Of a stretch of DNA of 64,000 nt, positions 58,459 through 64,000 are shown piece by piece. Positions within the stretch are counted from its first letter, which is position 1; each line of letters begins with the position of its first letter. Source of the stretch: Macrostomum lignano (taxonomy: Eukaryota); the NCBI GenBank assembly GCA_002269645.1, contig NIVC01000001.1:1426001-1490000 (forward strand), written 5' to 3'. A model generated the notes under the pieces. That model saw only the letters and a program-made list of their open reading frames with translations, made no database searches and was not told the origin of the DNA. The translations under genes were made by a program, and so were the position numbers.

Positions 58459-58686
58459 CTTGAGGTTATTGTAGGGATCGCTCGCCGGATCCACATAGAT
58501 TGTGAAGTTGGTGTCCACCGGATCGGCATCCGCGACGCTCAAGGTGGTTACCAGCGTGTCGGCTGCGGCGTTCTCCAACAGGCTGGCAGAGACAGTGGCC
58601 GGATTTATCACCGGGCTGTTGTCATTGGCCTCCGTCACGAGGATAGTGAATGTCTTGGTGGCCGGCGCTGTTGTACCGTCAGTTAC
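58459..58686 (-). CDS. Gene A exon, paralog of 16478-16705
   Basis: VTEANDNSP. 228 nt. Confidence 0.9.
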
Positions 58687-58729
58687 CTGAGCGCAGGGAG
58701 GGGAGCGGGGCTGACGGTTTGCAATGTTG

Positions 58730-59345
58730 GCTGACTGGTTGCTATGGTGGCTGACTGGTTGCTATGGTGGCTGATGGGTTGCTATGGTGACTGATGGGTT
58801 GCTATGGTGGCTGACTGGTTGCTATGGTGGCTGACTGGTTGCTATTGTGGCTGATGGGTTGCTATGGTGGCTGATTGGTTGCTACGGTGGCTGATGGGTT
58901 GCTATGGTGGCTGATTGGTTGCTATGGTGGCTAATGGGTTGCTATGGTGGCTGATTGGTTGCTATGGTGGCTGATGGGTTGCCATGGTGGCTGATGGGTT
59001 GCTATGATGACTGATAGTTTCGTTGCCATGGTGACTGATGGGTTGCTGACTGATTAGTTGCCATGGTGACTGACGGGTTTCGTTTTCATGGTGACTCATT
59101 GGTTGCCATGGTGGCTGATGGGTTGCTATGGTGACTGATGGGTTGCTATGATGACTGATAGTTTCGTTGCTATGGTGACTGATGGGTTGCTGACTGATTG
59201 GTTGCCATGGTGACTGACGGGTTTCGTTTTCATGGTGACTCATTGGTTGCTATGGTGGCTGATGGGTTGCTATGGTGACTGATGGGTCGCTATGATTACT
59301 GATGAGTTGCTATGGTGGCTGATGGGTTTCGTTGCCATGGTGACT
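58730..59345. repeat. ~20 bp GGTTGC(T/C)ATGGTG(G/A)CTGA minisatellite
   Basis: Read directly. Confidence 0.9.
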
Positions 59346-59391
59346 GACGGTACCATTAGCGCCAAGAAAAGCAAGCACAACTCTTCCTCAC

Positions 59392-59718
59392 CTGCACATT
59401 AACAGTGTGCGACTTGATCGCAGCGGGCGCGTCAAAGTCCAGCGGGCTGGCAACAATCAGGGCGCAGCCGTCAATGTCCGGCACGTTGGCCACGCGGAAA
59501 TAAGTGGAACTGCCGGCGGACAGCGAGCACTGCAGCCTGCCGGAGTCGGCCACGTCCGCGTCCTGAGCGAGGGCCACCACGGCCGTGTCGTTGACGCCGA
59601 CAGCCTCAGACACGGACAGAGTGGCCGGCTGGCCGGACACAAACGAGGGCGAAGTGTCCGACGCGTCCTGAATATGAACTGTGACGGTGCCTGTGAGGTT
59701 CCTCAGGCCGTCCGACAC
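59392..59718 (-). CDS. Gene A exon, paralog of 17139-17465
   Basis: 327 nt, near-identical protein. Confidence 0.9.
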
Positions 59719-59996
59719 CTGAGAAAATGTTGAGACGGAGCTAATAAAAAACTATATATACACATTAGTGCCATAATAAAGTAATGTTAAAACGCATAAA
59801 TTCTACTTTAAGTAGTTTCAGTCTAGACCCTTAAATTGGCGTGAATACCCTTTACACGGAAAGACAAAACAATGGCAAAAGTTTTTATTCTACTGCAAGT
59901 AGTTTAAAATATATATTTTTATGTATTCAAATATTTTTCGTCTACTATTAGTAGTTTATAATTGACAGACGGAATAAAGAAAAACTGAAAACTTAC

Positions 59997-60315
59997 CAAC
60001 ACGCGGAACTGAAACCGACGATTGGGCGCCTTCGGTGGCGGGTTCTCATAGTCGAACACCATCCTCGGTCTCAGTTCGCCGTTCGACGTCAGACTGACGT
60101 ACTCCGGCGCCTCCTGGCTGCCTGGGGCGGCCGGCAGCAGGCTGTAGGTCAGCGAGTTCAAGTCCGGATCGTAGGCTTTGATGGTGGCGAACACGTCAGC
60201 TAGGGGGGTATTCTCGGTCACGTTGAGGTTCAACGATGAGGTCAGGAAGATTGGCACTTTGTCATTGGCGTCAATCGGGAGCACCTCGACTATCAGGTAG
60301 CCGCGGAGTACGCTT
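59997..60315 (-). CDS. Gene A exon, paralog of 17742-18057
   Basis: 319 nt (one extra codon), PIDANDKVP. Confidence 0.9.
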
Positions 60316-60409
60316 CTGCATAGTTTGAGGATTTTTATCCCAATAATTAATATACTTGGTATTTGGCATTCTAAAAGCATAGAAAACAACTATAAGTATA
60401 CTTAATAGC

Positions 60410-60915
60410 ACCCCAGCCAATCAGAACAGGGCTCTCACCTATCCGTAGCACCCCAGCCAATTAGAGCAGGGCTCTCACCTATCTGTAGCATCCCAGCCAA
60501 TCAGAACAGGGCTCTCACCTATCCGTAGCACCCCAGCCAATCAGAGCAGGGCTCTCACCTATCCGTAGCACCCCAGCCAATCAGAGCAGGGCTCTCACCT
60601 ATCCGTAGCACCCCAGCCAATCAGAGCAGGGCTCTCACCTATCCGTAGCACCCCAGCCAATCAGAACAGGGCTCTCACCTATCCGTAGCACCCCAGCCAA
60701 TCAGAACAGGGCTCTCACCTATCCGTAGCACCCCAGCCAATCAGAGCATTGTCTCACCCATCAGTAGCACCACAGCCAATCAGAGCATTGTCTCACCTAT
60801 CCGTAGCACCCCAGCCAATCAGAGGAGGGCTCTCACCTATCAGTAGCACCCCAGCCAATCAGAGAATTGTCTCACCTATCAGTAGCACCCCAGCCAATCT
60901 GAGCAGGGCTCTCAC
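60410..60915. repeat. 40 bp minisatellite with CCAAT box and splice-donor copy, about 12 units
   Basis: CCCCAGCCAATCAGAGCAGGGCTCTCACCTATCCGTAGCA. Confidence 0.95.
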
Positions 60916-61415
60916 CTATCTGTCGCAATCGCATTGAATCGAAAGCGATCCTGGCCGGGCAAGAAATTAATCCTATTCACGGATCCCGAGAAGCTGAGCA
61001 TCCCAGTAGAGGGATTGATCTCAAACCGAGGCGTGCTGCTAGGTAGGGCGAAGTAGCCGGCAGAGGAGAAGGCGACGCTGCTACCAGAGTCGGTCTTGCT
61101 AGGCTGCACTAACTGCATCTGGCCCGGCGAGGCGTTCTCGCTGACATTGGCGATGGTCAGCAGGTGCGAGCCGCCGAAAATCGGCCGAAAATCGACAACA
61201 TTAGACAGGCTGACCGTGACGGTGGCAGTGGTGCGGAAAATGCCGTCGAATGCCACGTAGGCCAGGCTGTAGCTGTTGGGCACCTCGTCGTAGTCCAACG
61301 GCCTGGCTACGTAGATTTCTCCGGTGGCAAATTTAACGCCAAACGTGTTGCCGGGGTTGCCGCCCACGATCTGGTACTGGATGATGGGGTTCAGGTCCGC
61401 GTCCGAGGCCGTCAC
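60916..61415 (-). CDS. Gene A exon, paralog of 18470-18969
   Basis: 500 nt, phase 0/2. Confidence 0.9.
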
Positions 61416-61619
61416 CTGCGGTGCGGTTTGAGTTGGACTTAGGATTTGAGAATCATTGAGTACAAATGGAGTCCGGATCACCAGTATGACAAAGAAATTT
61501 TGAAGGGCAATCTTGGATAATAACAATAAAATTTAAGGCTTTGGAAAGTACTTGTACGGTTGCAATTACGGTTTTGAGGTTGCAATAAACTAACTTGGAA
61601 ACTGCAATCAAACGGGAAA

Positions 61620-62180
61620 TGATTGCAAACAAGAGATTTGAAATTGCAACCAGGGGATTTGCGATTGCAACCAGGGGATCTGAGATTGCAACCAATGGAT
61701 TTGAGATTGCAACCAATGGATTTTAGATTGCAACCAATGGACTTGAGACTGCAACCAGATGACTTGAGACTGCAACCAGATGACTTAAGACTGCAATCAA
61801 ATAGATCGGAGATTGCAACCAAATAGATCGGAGATTGCAACCAAATAGATCAGAGATTGCAACCAAATAGATCAGAGATTGCAACCAAATAGATCAGAGA
61901 TTGCAACCAAATAGATCAGATATTGCAACCAAATAGATCAGAGATTGCAACCAAATAGATCAGAGATTGCAACCAAATAGATCAGAGATTGCAACCAAAT
62001 AGATCAGAGATTGCAACCAAATAGATCAGAGATTGCAACCAAATAGATCAGAGATTGCAACCAAATAGATCAGAGATTGCAACCAAATAGATCAGAGATT
62101 ACAACAAAGGGATTTGAGACTGCAACCAATGGATTTGAGACTGCAACCAATGGATTTGAGACTGCAACCAATGAATTTGA
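61620..62180. repeat. GAGATTGCAACCA-type 21-22 bp minisatellite
   Basis: Read directly. Confidence 0.9.
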
Positions 62181-62301
62181 GATAGGTAAGCGCTTTAGAA
62201 TCCAAGACATGAATAGTTTGAGATTGCGCAATCCCATTAGCGGTGGTGGCATTGATCCACACTACTGGGCCGAGATTGCGACAAGCGGACCGGCCACTCA
62301 C

Positions 62302-62631
62302 CTGAGTGATCACCCGACCCAACGGCGTGTCCTCAGGAATGCCGCCAACAGTGAACGAGCTGGCGTTGAACACTGGCGGATTGTCGTTGATGTCCGACAG
62401 GGAGATGCGGATGTTCAGCGTGGCCTTGTTGGGGTTCGGCCGGATGCCGGCCAGCACGGAGGGTGCCCGGTCGGTGGCCTCCACCGTGACGGCGTAGGGC
62501 AGGCTGCGGGCCTCCCGGTCGAACACCAGGCCGGACCGGGTGAACAGCTCGCCTGTGTTGGCATCGATGTCGAACATGGCGGCGTCGCTGACCGACGCTA
62601 ACGAGTAGGTGACGGTGCGGTAATCCACCAC
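62302..62631 (-). CDS. Gene A exon, paralog of 19631-19960
   Basis: VVDYRTVTYSL...SDINDNPP. 330 nt. Confidence 0.9.
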
Positions 62632-62934
62632 CTGATGCCGCAGAGGGAGAGGCAGGCCAGGTGTATTGTTGAACTGAATGTACACTTGATGGGATCAAGA
62701 AGGACAGCTGACCATCCCAGAGATAGCTCGTAATAAAAAGTTGGTCATTACCCTCATTGAAAAGCGGAAACTTCTATGATTGACATTTTTAAGTAGTTAT
62801 GCAGCTTAACTAGTGGCACAAAAATACAATTTTTCCTGCTCCCTTCATATTTGTAAATTTCAGCGGCGAATCGAGGTCAGGGAGCGGGGAGTCAGTTACT
62901 TCCTCGATCGGCTCCTGGACAGACAGTTAGATAT

Positions 62935-63557
<623 letters not shown>

Positions 63558-63565
63558 GCTCTCAC

Positions 63566-64000
63566 CGTGTCGTAGTCGAGCGCGGCCACCCGACTGACGA
63601 GCTGCCTGGTGGACGGTGTCTGGTTAAAAGTTTCGGGAAAGATGGCATTCTTAACGGAGTCGGTGGCGAAGAACAGCGGCGCCCTATTGTTCGTATCGCT
63701 GATGGTGATATTCAGTCGCACGTCGGTGTAAATCTCGCCAATTTTGTCCAATTTAACGTTGGAAGCGCAGCGCAAGTGCAGCAGAAGGTAGGGCGTGACG
63801 TCGTGCTCGTAGCCGCTGTCGGAGCCCACGAAGACGCCCTGGTTGCTCTGCGTGGTCACGTTGTAGTCGGCAAAGCGGAAGTTCTGCCCGCTCGAGGGAT
63901 TGGTGATGGCCCGAGAGCCGAACACGAAACTCCAGCTGAACTTTGCCGACACGGCCGAGGAAGGCAGGCTGGCCGTCATGTTCAGCACGTTGGTTTCACT
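63566..64000 (-). CDS. Gene A exon (partial), paralog of 20453-20934
   Basis: [10 protein letters not shown]...ISDTNNRAP...AALDYDT. Runs off the window. Confidence 0.9.

Overview
Eukaryotic (invertebrate metazoan) genomic DNA with GC-rich exons and minisatellite-filled introns; a Macrostomum-like flatworm is a guess only. Two tandem paralogous cadherin genes lie on the minus strand. Gene A (>64000 to 50041, 5' end outside the window) is an intact non-chordate classical cadherin: EC repeats, NC, EGF, LamG, EGF, LamG, EGF-EGF, TM, catenin-binding tail. Gene B (ATG 44793 to at least 2390, 18 exons traced, every splice phase compatible, about 3,411 codons plus an unresolved tail) starts as the same cadherin with a signal peptide and about 13 EC repeats. 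Inside one exon, at the DVND linker, it switches in frame into 260 STAAPG-type mucin repeats, EGF, a SEA domain with a G-SVLV cleavage motif, two EGFs, a TM helix and a non-cadherin tail. The missing second half of that cadherin exon survives as an orphan at 571-789. A ~14.25 kb mucin-gene 3' segment therefore appears to have inserted into a working cadherin paralog and created a cadherin-mucin chimera. Gene B introns hold nested mobile elements: an Ngaro/DIRS-type YR retrotransposon inside a Crypton with ~180 bp inverted ends, a CsRn1-type gypsy, a Mag-type gypsy inserted in the RT of an RNase H-bearing LINE, Tc1/Crypton and Mag remnants, and MITEs. No CRISPR array, rRNA or credible tRNA was seen.
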